NCBI GenBank assembly: GCA_963843845.1
Contig: CAWJMB010000002.1
Span: 224,001 to 288,000, forward strand
Direction: 5' to 3'
DNA from: an uncultured Gemmatimonadaceae bacterium
GTDB taxonomy: Bacteria; Gemmatimonadota; Gemmatimonadetes; Gemmatimonadales; Gemmatimonadaceae
DNA length: 64,000 bases
Both the position numbers and the translations under genes were made by a program. The first letter of the stretch is position 1. Each line of letters starts with the position of its first letter. The notes under the pieces are model-generated. The model saw only the letters and a list, made by a program, of their open reading frames with translations. It was not told the DNA's origin and ran no database searches. This document shows, in pieces, positions 1-8,765 of the stretch.

Positions 1-42
1 GTGATCTACACCGGCGGCTCGCGCTTCCGGCGCGGCAAGTAG
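1..42 (+). CDS. 3' end of upstream gene (likely part of the DUF350/spermidine synthase operon)
   Basis: Reads VIYTGGSRFRRGK-stop (TAG 40-42), directly upstream of the DUF350 gene; truncated by window edge. Confidence 0.45.
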   Translation: MIYTGGSRFRRGK

Positions 43-66
43 CTCCGCCCCCTCGCCCTCGAGACC

Positions 67-279
67 ATGACCTCCGACCTCGTCTCCAACCTGATCGCCG
101 CGACGGCGTTCGCGGTGTTAGGCATCGTGATCCTCATCGTGGCGTTCGTCATCATCGACAAGCTCACGCCCGGCGAGCTGTGGCACGACCTGCTGCACAA
201 CCGGAACACCGCGCTCGCCATCCTCATGGCGGGGATCGCGATCGGCCTGTCGATCATCATCGCCGCGGCGATTCATTGA
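67..279 (+). CDS. DUF350 family small membrane protein
   Basis: 70 aa, two TM helices, IDKLTPG-LW...N.ALAI.MAGIAIG pattern; typical position before membrane spermidine synthase. Confidence 0.85.
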   Translation: MTSDLVSNLIAATAFAVLGIVILIVAFVIIDKLTPGELWHDLLHNRNTALAILMAGIAIGLSIIIAAAIH

Positions 280-1826
280 CGGCCGAGCGGGAGGGGGAGG
301 CGGCGCCCCCGGGAGGGTCCGGGAAGACCGCCGCGCTGTTCGTCACCGTCCTCCTCATCGCCGCCTGCGGTCTCGTCTACGAGCTCGTCGCCGGTGCGCT
401 CGCCAGCTACCTGCTCGGCGACAGCGTCACGCAGTTCTCGACCGTCATCGGCACGTACCTGTTCGCGATGGGGATCGGGAGCTGGCTGTCGCGCTTCGTC
501 GGGCGCGGACTCGTCGCGCGCTTCGTGACGATCGAGCTGCTCGTCGCCGTCGTCGGCGGCTTCAGCGCGACGCTCCTCTTCCTCGCGTTCGCGTACACGG
601 ACGCGTTCCGGCTCGCGCTCTACCTGCTTGTCGGGATCGTCGGCGTGCTCGTCGGGCTCGAGGTGCCGCTCCTCATGCGCATCCTGCGCGACCGCTACGA
701 CTTCCGCGACGTCGTCGCGAACGTCCTCACCTTCGACTACCTCGGCGCGTTAGGCGCCTCGCTGCTCTTCCCGCTCGTGCTCGTGCCGCGGCTCGGGCTC
801 GTGCGCGCGGCGCTGCTCTTCGGCGTCGTGAACGCGCTCGTCGCCCTGTGGAGCACGTGGCTCTTCCGCGACCGGCTCGGCGCGCGCCGCACGCTCTACG
901 GAGCCGGCGTGCTCGTGCTGGCGGTGCTGGGCGCCGGCATGTGGCAGGCCCAGCGCATCACGAGCCTGGCCGAGGAGAATCTGTACGCCGACGACGTGAT
1001 CCTCGCGCGCGACACGCGCTACCAGCGGATCGTGCTCACCGCGTGGAAGGACGACCTGCGGCTGTTCCTGAACGGGCACCTCCAGTTCTCGTCGCGCGAC
1101 GAGTACCGCTACCACGAGGCGCTCGTGCATCCGGGGCTCGCGTCGCTGCCGGGGGCACGGCGGGTGCTGGTGCTGGGCGGCGGCGACGGGCTCGCGGTGC
1201 GCGAGATCCTGCGCTACCCGAGCGTGCAGAGCGTGACGCTCGTCGACCTCGACCCGGAGATGACGCGGCTGTTCACGACGCACCCGCGGCTCGTCGCGCT
1301 GAACGGCGGCGCGCTGCGCGACCCGCGGGTGCGGGTCGTGAACGACGACGCGTTCGTGTGGCTCTCGGCGCACGACGACCCGTTCGACTTCATCGTCGTC
1401 GACTTCCCGGACCCGTCGAACTACGCGACGGGGAAGCTGTACACGGTGGCGTTCTACCAGCTGCTGGCGCGGCACCTGAGCCGCGACGGGCTCGCGGTCG
1501 TGCAGAGCACGTCGCCGCTGTTCGCGCGGCGGTCGTACTGGAGCATCGTCGCGACGCTGCGCGGGGCGGGGCTGGCGACGTACCCGTACCACCTGTACGT
1601 GCCGTCGTTCGGCGAGTGGGGGTTCGTGCTCGCGACGTCGCGGCGCGACCCGTACGAGGCGCCGGCGTCGCTGCCCGCGGGGCTGCGCTATCTGGCGCCG
1701 GGGGAGATCCCGGGGATGTTCACGTTCGCGCGCGACATGCTGCCGGTGGCGGCGTCGGCGAACCGGCTCAACGACCAGGCGCTGGTGCGGTACTACGACG
1801 AGGAGTCGAGCCGGATCGACCGGTGA
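276..1826 (+). CDS. speE: Polyamine aminopropyltransferase (spermidine synthase) with N-terminal membrane domain
   Basis: CGLVYEL N-terminal TM region, YHEALVHP, LVLGGGDGL SAM-binding motif, DFPDP; TTG start at 276 overlaps DUF350 stop. Confidence 0.9.
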   Translation: MTAEREGEAAPPGGSGKTAALFVTVLLIAACGLVYELVAGALASYLLGDSVTQFSTVIGTYLFAMGIGSWLSRFVGRGLVARFVTIELLVAVVGGFSATLLFLAFAYTDAFRLALYLLVGIVGVLVGLEVPLLMRILRDRYDFRDVVANVLTFDYLGALGASLLFPLVLVPRLGLVRAALLFGVVNALVALWSTWLFRDRLGARRTLYGAGVLVLAVLGAGMWQAQRITSLAEENLYADDVILARDTRYQRIVLTAWKDDLRLFLNGHLQFSSRDEYRYHEALVHPGLASLPGARRVLVLGGGDGLAVREILRYPSVQSVTLVDLDPEMTRLFTTHPRLVALNGGALRDPRVRVVNDDAFVWLSAHDDPFDFIVVDFPDPSNYATGKLYTVAFYQLLARHLSRDGLAVVQSTSPLFARRSYWSIVATLRGAGLATYPYHLYVPSFGEWGFVLATSRRDPYEAPASLPAGLRYLAPGEIPGMFTFARDMLPVAASANRLNDQALVRYYDEESSRIDR

Positions 1827-1886
1827 GGGCGGGCGGTGCTGCAACGGTAGCCATGCAGCGTCGCCTCGCAGCGTCGCGCCGGGGCG

Positions 1887-1985
1887 TACAATCGTAAGTG
1901 TCGGGAATCGTCGTGGTTACGCGTGGCCGCTGGGGCTGTACGCGGTGTTATGCTGCGCAGAAGTGGGCATGATCTGGCGTTAGGC
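1887..1985 (+). promoter_or_regulatory. attI-like integron recombination site with upstream putative Pc -10 box
   Basis: TACAAT at 1887-1892; GTTACGC (1916), GTTATGC (1947), GTTAGGC core (1979) spaced 31-32 bp apart; directly precedes the cassette array. Confidence 0.5.
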
Positions 1986-1991
1986 TGGTCT

Positions 1992-2009
1992 GTCCAACAT
2001 GCGTTGGGC
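1992..2009 (+). repeat. Collapsed attC remnant
   Basis: GTCCAAC (R''-like) ATGC GTTGGGC (R' core) with internal arms missing. Confidence 0.5.
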
Positions 2010-2036
2010 GGACCACTCAAATTGTACATCGATGCG

Positions 2037-3479
2037 ATGAACCTCCGAGCGCCTTCTGTCGGAGCTGCCTACGGCCGATGGACCCTCGTGCGTCCGCTTG
2101 GACGAGGGGGCAACGGAGAGGTCTGGGAGGCGAGAGACGCATCAGGAGCATCAGCAGCCATCAAGCTGCTGAGTAAGGTCAAGTCGACCGCGTATCAACG
2201 CTTCCGGGACGAAGTCCATGTCATGACCGGCTTCGCAGCCCGCGGCGTTGTACCCGTCCTCGATTCCGAGCTACCGGATGATCCCACCGTGGCCCGGCCT
2301 TGGTACGCGATGCCGCTGGGAGTTCCGCTTACGGTCCACCTAAAGGGTGCCACTCCGCAGCAGAAGGTCGACGCAGTAGCGGCGATTGCGGATACGCTCG
2401 CAGGGCCTCATTCCAAGGGTATCGCGCGTCGGGACATCAAGCCCGCGAACCTGCTGTACTTGGGAGGCATTCCGGCCATCGGTGATTTCGGTCTCGTCGA
2501 CTGTCCCGATAAGGCAGATGTCACCGCGAAGCGGGAGGAAGTCGGACCGCGGCGGACGATGGCTCCGGAGGTCCGGAGGGCGGAAGCGCTGGTCGATGCG
2601 CGCCCGGCGGACGTCTGTTCGCTAGCCAAGACGCTTTGGATCCTCCTCGTCGGCGAGGAACGTGGGTTCGAAGGCCAGTACTCCGCTGGTTCAACCGTTG
2701 GAATCAGCCGTGTCGTGCCGGACCTCTACTTCGCCGCTTTAGATGAGGCACTCACTATCGCGACGGACCACGACGCTGATCGACGGCCGTCGATGGTCAC
2801 GTTCGCCAAGCAATCGCGTGACTGGTTGCGTATTGAGGCTGAGTTCTTCGAGCGGAACCCGCTTGAATGGGCGGAGCTCCAGTCGAAGCTCTTCCCGGTT
2901 GTCGTCCCTACGCGAGCCGAGTGGCAGCAGTTAGACCAGATCATCACCGTCCTCAATGTTTTGGGCGCGCGGTCGAACATGAACCACATGTTCTTCCCGG
3001 ACGGAGGAGGTCTGGACTTGAATCGCGCGGCCCGCTCAACGCGTGAGGCAGGATGCGTAGAGTTGAGCGCTGACGGGCTCACCGTCGTGATCCGTCCGCA
3101 ACGGCTCATGTTCGAATCGTTTGGCGTGAGCCCTGAGTGGCACTCCTTTCGTCTCGAGGCAGCCGAGTTGGAGCCAAGTGGCGTGTACGAGAACGAGAGT
3201 GATGCGATATACGAAGAGGTAGCCGAGATCGGCGGCGAGTTCTACGCGGAGCGCTGGCATTGGGACGAGAACGAGTACAACGGCGAACATCTTCCCCTGG
3301 GTTCTCGCGTAGTGATGCGGTACCTTCGCGGCGCGTTCGTGATCTTTCAGAAGACTTCTACCTACAACCGGAACACAGCTACATACGACGGCCGGCACGC
3401 TAGGGTGGATGCCGACAAGTTCCGCCGGTACATCGAGGAGAACATCGGGCGCTTGCGCAGTCACGGCCCGCCCCCATGA
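2037..3479 (+). CDS. Ser/Thr protein kinase with uncharacterised C-terminal domain (integron gene cassette 1)
   Basis: GRGGNGEV, AIK, RDIKPAN, DFG, APE motifs; visibly lower GC than flanks; bounded by core site GTTGGGC (2003) and attC (3511). Confidence 0.85.
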   Translation: MNLRAPSVGAAYGRWTLVRPLGRGGNGEVWEARDASGASAAIKLLSKVKSTAYQRFRDEVHVMTGFAARGVVPVLDSELPDDPTVARPWYAMPLGVPLTVHLKGATPQQKVDAVAAIADTLAGPHSKGIARRDIKPANLLYLGGIPAIGDFGLVDCPDKADVTAKREEVGPRRTMAPEVRRAEALVDARPADVCSLAKTLWILLVGEERGFEGQYSAGSTVGISRVVPDLYFAALDEALTIATDHDADRRPSMVTFAKQSRDWLRIEAEFFERNPLEWAELQSKLFPVVVPTRAEWQQLDQIITVLNVLGARSNMNHMFFPDGGGLDLNRAARSTREAGCVELSADGLTVVIRPQRLMFESFGVSPEWHSFRLEAAELEPSGVYENESDAIYEEVAEIGGEFYAERWHWDENEYNGEHLPLGSRVVMRYLRGAFVIFQKTSTYNRNTATYDGRHARVDADKFRRYIEENIGRLRSHGPPP

Positions 3480-3510
3480 GGCCACCTTCCGGGACATGAC
3501 GCTCGCTGCC

Positions 3511-3607
3511 GCCCAACGAATCGTTGCAGCTGACGGAGCGGCCAACGCTGTACCGCGAATCCACGGCTCCCCGCGGGCGGCTCCGCAGCTGAACTCCGGC
3601 GTTCGGC
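3511..3607 (+). repeat. attC site
   Basis: R'' GCCCAAC 3511-3517; arms TTGCAGCTGACGGAGC / GCTCCGCAGCTGAA with unpaired extra bases; R' GTTCGGC 3601-3607; 97 bp. Confidence 0.9.
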
Positions 3608-3673
3608 GGCTCGGCCTCCGTGGTGCGCAGGCCTCCGAGTGGTTACGTTGTGCCTACACCTCGGAGGCATCCT

Positions 3674-3925
3674 ATGAAGGCACGTATCGTCCGCGTCGGC
3701 AACTCGCGCGGCGTTCGCATCCCGAAGCCGCTGCTGGACCAGGCGGGGCTCGGCGAGGACGTCGAGCTGCACGCCGAGGCCGGGCGCATCGTGATCGAGG
3801 CGGTCAGGCGGCCGCGCGCTGGCTGGGCCGAGGCGGCCGCACGCATGGCGGCGCGCGGCGACGACGCGCTCCTCGACCCGCCGACCGCGACGCGCTTCGA
3901 CGCCGAGGAGTGGGAGTGGCGCTGA
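3674..3925 (+). CDS. mazE: AbrB/MazE family antitoxin (cassette 2)
   Basis: MKARIVRVGNSRGVRIPK, C-terminal FDAEEWEW; GGAGG RBS. Confidence 0.9.
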   Translation: MKARIVRVGNSRGVRIPKPLLDQAGLGEDVELHAEAGRIVIEAVRRPRAGWAEAAARMAARGDDALLDPPTATRFDAEEWEWR

Positions 3926-4278
3926 TGGCGCTGACGGCGGCGCGGGGCGCCGGGCGCGCCCCGGAGCGCGGCGGCGTCTACTCGGTCGAGCTCGACCCGA
4001 CGCGCGGCAGCGAGATCCGGAAGACGCGCCCGTGCGTGGTGGTCTCGCCGGACGAGCTGAATCAGCACCTGCGCACCGTCATCGTCGCGCCGATGACGAC
4101 GGCGGGGCGGCCGTACCCGTGGCGCGTGCCGTGCCGGTTCCGGAGCAAGGCCGGGACGGTCGCGGTGGACCAGCTGCGCACCGTGGACCGCGAGCGGCTC
4201 GTGCGGCGGCTCGGCGCGCTGTCGGAGTCGACGCTGCTCGCGGTGCTGGACCGCCTGACGGAGTTCTTCGCGCCGTAA
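3925..4278 (+). CDS. mazF: PemK/MazF family endoribonuclease toxin (cassette 2)
   Basis: LDPTRGSEIRKTRPCVVVSP, DQLRTVDRERL; TGATG coupling with the antitoxin. Confidence 0.92.
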   Translation: MALTAARGAGRAPERGGVYSVELDPTRGSEIRKTRPCVVVSPDELNQHLRTVIVAPMTTAGRPYPWRVPCRFRSKAGTVAVDQLRTVDRERLVRRLGALSESTLLAVLDRLTEFFAP

Positions 4279-4282
4279 CGCC

Positions 4283-4379
4283 GCCGAACGAATCGTTGCA
4301 CCTGACGAAGCCGCGCGGCACTCGGAGGTCATCCAACCCTCCAGCCCAGCGGCTTCGCAGGTGAGCTCTGGCGTCAGGC
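4283..4379 (+). repeat. attC site with degenerate R' core
   Basis: R'' GCCGAAC 4283-4289; arms TTGCACCTGACGAAGCCGC / GCGGCTTCGCAGGTGAG; R' GTCAGGC (GTT changed to GTC); 97 bp; shares AACGAATCGTTGCA with the previous attC. Confidence 0.85.
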
Positions 4380-4777
4380 GGCCCTACAGGCTACGCCGTG
4401 TCGGCCTGTCCCTGTTGGCAGCTAGTGGCGCGCCGGGGTGATGGTGCAAGGAACGCGGCCGGACCGGGGATCGCCGCTCGGAGGCCGCATGCGTCCGACG
4501 CGAGGTCGCCGCGAGGGAGCACCGCCGCAACCTGGCAGACGCGGGCGTGACGTGGCGCGTCGCCACGGCCGACGCCCCGAAGAAGCTCGCCCGACTCTCC
4601 TCGGCGGGTTCCGCGGCAGAGCGTCCGCGGTGGGCATCGGCGACCTCGGGAGCAGGTCGCCGGTTCGAGGTCATGGCCGGCGGCCCGCACGAGGCGGCGC
4701 GACGGCTGCGCGATGGCGGCGCGCCGCGCATATTGGCGGCGCCGCACGCCGTCCGGCCCGCCGTCGTCCCGACGCAC

Positions 4778-6130
4778 ATGCCCACCACAGGTCGCCTCCT
4801 CGCGCTCTGCCTCGTCCTCGCCGCCGCCTGCGAGAAGAGACCGTCCGCCGTCGCCGCGGCCCGCGCCGGTGAGACGGCCGGTGAGACGCCGGCCGTACGC
4901 CCCGCGCTCCGCTCGCCGATGGACTCCCTCGCCGCCGTCTACGTCCGCACCGCGCTCGCGCTGGGGCTTCACGACGCGGACTTCGTGGACGCCTACTATG
5001 GGCCGGCCGAGTGGCGCGCCGAGGTCGAGCGCGAGAAGCCGTCGCTCGCCGCGGTGCGCGACCGCGCGGTCGAGGCCCTGCGCGCCGTCGAGGCGACGCC
5101 CGCGCCCGCGGACTCGATGCTCCGGCTCCGCCGCGAGTTTCTGCGCAAGCAGCTGCGGGCGCTCGTGGCGCGCGCCGAGATCGTCGGCGGGAAGCGACTC
5201 CCCTTCGACGAGGAGTCTCGTGCGCTCTTCGACGCGGTGGCGCCGCGGCACGACGAGGAGCACTTCCGGCGCACCCTCCGGCAGCTCGACGCGCTGCTGC
5301 CGGGCGCCGGGCCGGTGCCGGCCCGCTACGAGCAGTGGCGGCGCGCGTTCGTCGTCCCGCCCGAGAAGCTCGACGCCGTGTTCAGGCGCGCGGTCGAGGC
5401 GTGCCGCGCGCGCACGGCCCGCCGCGTCGCGCTGCCGCCCGGCGAGGGGTTCCGCGTGGAGTACGTGACCGGCAAGCCGTGGAGCGCCTACAACTGGTAC
5501 CAGGGGAGCTTCGCCTCGCGCATCCAGGTCAATACGAGCCTCCCCTTCCACATCGACGGCGCGGTCTACTTGGGGTGCCACGAGGGGTATCCGGGGCACC
5601 ACGTCTACAACGCGCTCCTCGAGCGGCACCTCGTGCGCGACCGCGGCTGGGTGGAGTACAGCGTCTATCCGCTCTTCAGCCCGCAGTCGTTAATCGCCGA
5701 GGGCAGCGCGAACTACGCGCAGGAGATGGCGTTCCCGGGGCAGGAGCGCGCGGCGTTCGAGCGCGACTCGGTGTGGCCGCTCGCGGGCCTCGATCCGGCG
5801 CGCGCGGCCGAATACTACCGCGTGCAGGATCTCGTCCGCGCGCTGAACTACGCGGAGAACGAAGCGGCGCGGCAGTACCTCGACGGCACGATGGACGCCG
5901 CGCGCGCGACGCAGTGGCTCGCGACCTACGCGCTGCTCTCGCCGGAGGCCGCCGCGCAGCGGCTCCGCTTCATCGAGCGGTACCGTACCTACGTGATCAA
6001 CTACAACCTCGGGCAGGACCTCGTGCGCCAGTACGTGGCGCGCGTGGCCGGTCCGACCGCGTCCGAGGCGCGGCGGTGGGAGGCGTTCGCCGCGCTGCTC
6101 TCCTCGCCGCGTCTCCCGTCAGGACTCTGA
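4778..6130 (+). CDS. DUF885-like lipoprotein, putative zinc metallopeptidase
   Basis: Lipobox LAAAC; HEGYPGHH and AEG motifs. Confidence 0.75.
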   Translation: MPTTGRLLALCLVLAAACEKRPSAVAAARAGETAGETPAVRPALRSPMDSLAAVYVRTALALGLHDADFVDAYYGPAEWRAEVEREKPSLAAVRDRAVEALRAVEATPAPADSMLRLRREFLRKQLRALVARAEIVGGKRLPFDEESRALFDAVAPRHDEEHFRRTLRQLDALLPGAGPVPARYEQWRRAFVVPPEKLDAVFRRAVEACRARTARRVALPPGEGFRVEYVTGKPWSAYNWYQGSFASRIQVNTSLPFHIDGAVYLGCHEGYPGHHVYNALLERHLVRDRGWVEYSVYPLFSPQSLIAEGSANYAQEMAFPGQERAAFERDSVWPLAGLDPARAAEYYRVQDLVRALNYAENEAARQYLDGTMDAARATQWLATYALLSPEAAAQRLRFIERYRTYVINYNLGQDLVRQYVARVAGPTASEARRWEAFAALLSSPRLPSGL

Positions 6131-6351
6131 GGCGCTGTCGCGATGCCTCTTGCCGCCCCGCCCACGCCGCGTGGGCGCCACGCGGCGCCACCGGCGCATC
6201 GAGCCGGCGCGCGCGTGAAGCTGACCCGCCTCGACTCGCACCTCGCATGATCGCCGTGGCCCGCCACTAGGTGACCCGACGCGCTGCTGGCGGGTTACTC
6301 GACGGCGGCGCTGGGCATCGTCGCACTCAACCGGGAGGCGCCGGACGGCGT

Positions 6352-6543
6352 ATGAGCGAGCAGCAGTCTGAGGTCCGGGGCGCGACGACGCGGCGGGTGG
6401 CGCGCGGCGCCGCGCGGTACGGCGTCGGGATCGGCGTGCTGCTCGCGCTGGCCGTCCTGCCGTACCCGGACCCCCGCAGGCACCGCGTTCGCCACCGGTG
6501 CTTCGACTTCCGCCCGTTCGCCACCGTCGCGCTGCCGCGCTGA
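6352..6543 (+). pseudogene. Short membrane-protein fragment, possible decayed cassette ORF
   Basis: GGGAGG upstream, ATG at 6352, one hydrophobic segment; lies between a degenerate attC and an IS-end remnant. Confidence 0.25.
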
Positions 6544-6557
6544 GCACGCGAGTCGCC

Positions 6558-6607
6558 TGAGGGGTCGGTGACATCGGTAACGGAGTAGTCCGAGGACATC
6601 GGTAACA
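6558..6607. mobile_element. Solo IS end (IS481-family-like) without transposase
   Basis: GACATCGGTAAC direct repeat at 6570 and 6595 (25 bp period) after TGAGGGGTCG; resembles tandem transposase-binding repeats at IS481-like ends. Confidence 0.45.
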
Positions 6608-6631
6608 ATCGCGGCCAGACCTCCCGACCCC

Positions 6632-7069
6632 GTGACAGCCCGCATCCGCGTCATCGCCGTCGCGCTGTGCCGGGCCGGCGACCGCGTCCTCGTCGAGCGC
6701 GGCAACGACCGCGCGCGCGACCTGCACTTCTACCGCGCCATCGGCGGCGGCGTCGAGTTCGGCGAGTCGGCCGCGGAGGCGGTCGCGCGCGAGTGGCGCG
6801 AGGAATTCGGCGTCACGCTCGTGGCGCCGGCGCTGCGCGGCGTGCTCGAGAACCGCTTCACGTACGACGGGCGCCCCGGCCACGAGATCGTATTCGTCTT
6901 CGCCGCGCGGATCGCCGAGCCCGAGGCGCACGAGCGCGACGAGCTCGAGTCGGTCGACACCGACGGCGCGCGCCACGTCGCGGTGTGGGTGCCGATCGCC
7001 GAGCTCCGTGACGGCGAGCGGCCTCTCGTCCCGCGCGGCCTGCTCGACCTCGTGCCGCCAGCCGACTAA
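6632..7069 (+). CDS. NUDIX hydrolase
   Basis: GGGVEFGESAAEAVAREWREEFG Nudix box. Confidence 0.9.
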   Translation: MTARIRVIAVALCRAGDRVLVERGNDRARDLHFYRAIGGGVEFGESAAEAVAREWREEFGVTLVAPALRGVLENRFTYDGRPGHEIVFVFAARIAEPEAHERDELESVDTDGARHVAVWVPIAELRDGERPLVPRGLLDLVPPAD

Positions 7070-7163
7070 CGATTCGATCCCGGCACGACCGGCGGCGCGC
7101 GCCGCCGCCGCGCAGATCACGTCGCCCCGGCCACCCGACCCGAGCGTCAGGCACACGACTTCG

Positions 7164-7715
7164 ATGAGCGAACCGACGCGACGGCTCGTGCTCGTGCGGC
7201 ACGCCGCGGCCGCGGGGCAGGACCCGGCCGCGGCGCTCACGCCCGACGGCGAGCGCCAGGCGCGCGCGCTGGCCGACCTCCTCGCGCGCCTCGGCGTCGC
7301 GCGCGTCGTCGCGAGCCCGTTCGTCCGCGCGGTCGAGACGGCGCGCCCCTTCTGCGCGCGCGCCGGCCTCGCGCTCGAGACCGACGCCCGGCTCGTCGAG
7401 CGCGCGCTCGGCCCCCCGGACCTCGCGGACTGGCGCGAGCATCTGCGCCGCTCGTTCGACGACCTCGACTACCGGCTCGACGGCGGCGAGTCGGCCCGCG
7501 CGGCGCAGGCGCGCGGTGCCGCGGTCGTCCGCGACGCGCTCGCCTCGGGCGCGCGGTGCGCGCTGGTGACGCACGGCAACCTGCTGGCGCTCCTCCTCAA
7601 CGCGGTCGACCCTGCGTTCGGGTTCGACGCGTGGGCGCGGCTCACGAACCCCGACGCCTTCCTGCTGAACGCCGACGACCGCGGACCCACGTCGTTCACG
7701 CGCGTCTGGGCCTGA
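7164..7715 (+). CDS. Histidine phosphatase (phosphoglycerate mutase family)
   Basis: LVRHA, SPFVRAVET, GES, VTHGN motifs. Confidence 0.9.
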   Translation: MSEPTRRLVLVRHAAAAGQDPAAALTPDGERQARALADLLARLGVARVVASPFVRAVETARPFCARAGLALETDARLVERALGPPDLADWREHLRRSFDDLDYRLDGGESARAAQARGAAVVRDALASGARCALVTHGNLLALLLNAVDPAFGFDAWARLTNPDAFLLNADDRGPTSFTRVWA

Positions 7716-7825
7716 CCGCGCCGGCCGTGTCCCGCTTCGTTGCGGCCGACGAGCCCGGGCCCCGCGGTTCACGGAGGCCGGGTTCCACCGCCGCGCCCGC
7801 GGGGCCGGTCGGTAGACTTCGTGCC

Positions 7826-8765
7826 ATGCTCTGGCTCGGGCCGCGCCGCGGCTACCTCACCGACTGGGTCACGCAGCGCTGGGTGCAGGCCACCGGCCGC
7901 CGCGTCGCGCTCGCCGACGCGCCGTGGCTCGACGGCCCCGCGGGCGACCCCGAGGGGATCGGCCCCGACGTCTTCGAGCGGCTCGCCGAGCGCGAGGGGC
8001 TCGCGCTCGGCCGCCCCCCCGACGCCGGCCTGCTCGCCGACTTCGCCGCGCTCGCCGCCCCCGACTTCGACCCGCGCGCCGTCGACCCCGGCGTGGCCGA
8101 GTTCTACGAGCGCACCGCCGCCTACGAGCTCGACTCGTGGGCCGAGTGGGCGGGGGCGTTCCGGCCGTTCGGGCGGCTGCTCGCGCGGCTGTTCAGCCGG
8201 CGGCTGCAGCAGCTCAACGTCCCGCTCTCCGGGCTCGACACGAGCCGCGGCGTCACGAGCGAGGTGTTGCAGCTGACGGACCCGCGCACCGGCGCCGTGC
8301 GCTACACCGCGTGGCTCCGCCGGCTCGTCGGGAGCGGCGACGTGCTCTACGCGGGGAGCTACGGGCTGGCGACGGTGCCGGGGCGACGCGGCGCCTGCGT
8401 GAAGGTCGTCTTCCCGCTGCCGAACGGGAACGCGATCGTCGTCATGCGCCCCGAGGCGCACCCGGACGGCTCCTTCTCGGTCGTCTCGGCCGGCGCGCGC
8501 TTCGGCGACCCGGGGTTCTACTTCACGGTGCGCGGCGACCGCGAGGGGACGGTGTGGGCGCGCCACGTCGCGTCGCTCCGCGAGTCGATCCGCGTCTACG
8601 ACGCCGAGCGGGGCGCGGTGCGCGCCGATCACGTGCTGACGCTCTGGGGGCTAACGTTCCTGCGTCTGCACTACCGGCTCCGCTGCGTCGGCGCGCCCGC
8701 CGGCACGCCCGCCGCGGCGACCTGCCCCGACCCGCCGCGCCCCCGCCCTCCCGCCCCGCCCGTGA
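7826..8765 (+). CDS. Conserved hypothetical protein (YndJ C-terminal-like); 3' end obscured by a probable frameshift
   Basis: FYERTAAY, LQQLNVPL, KVVFPLPNGN, FLRLHYRL; likely stop TGA 8763-8765 overlapping the next GTG after a C-rich tract. Confidence 0.6.
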
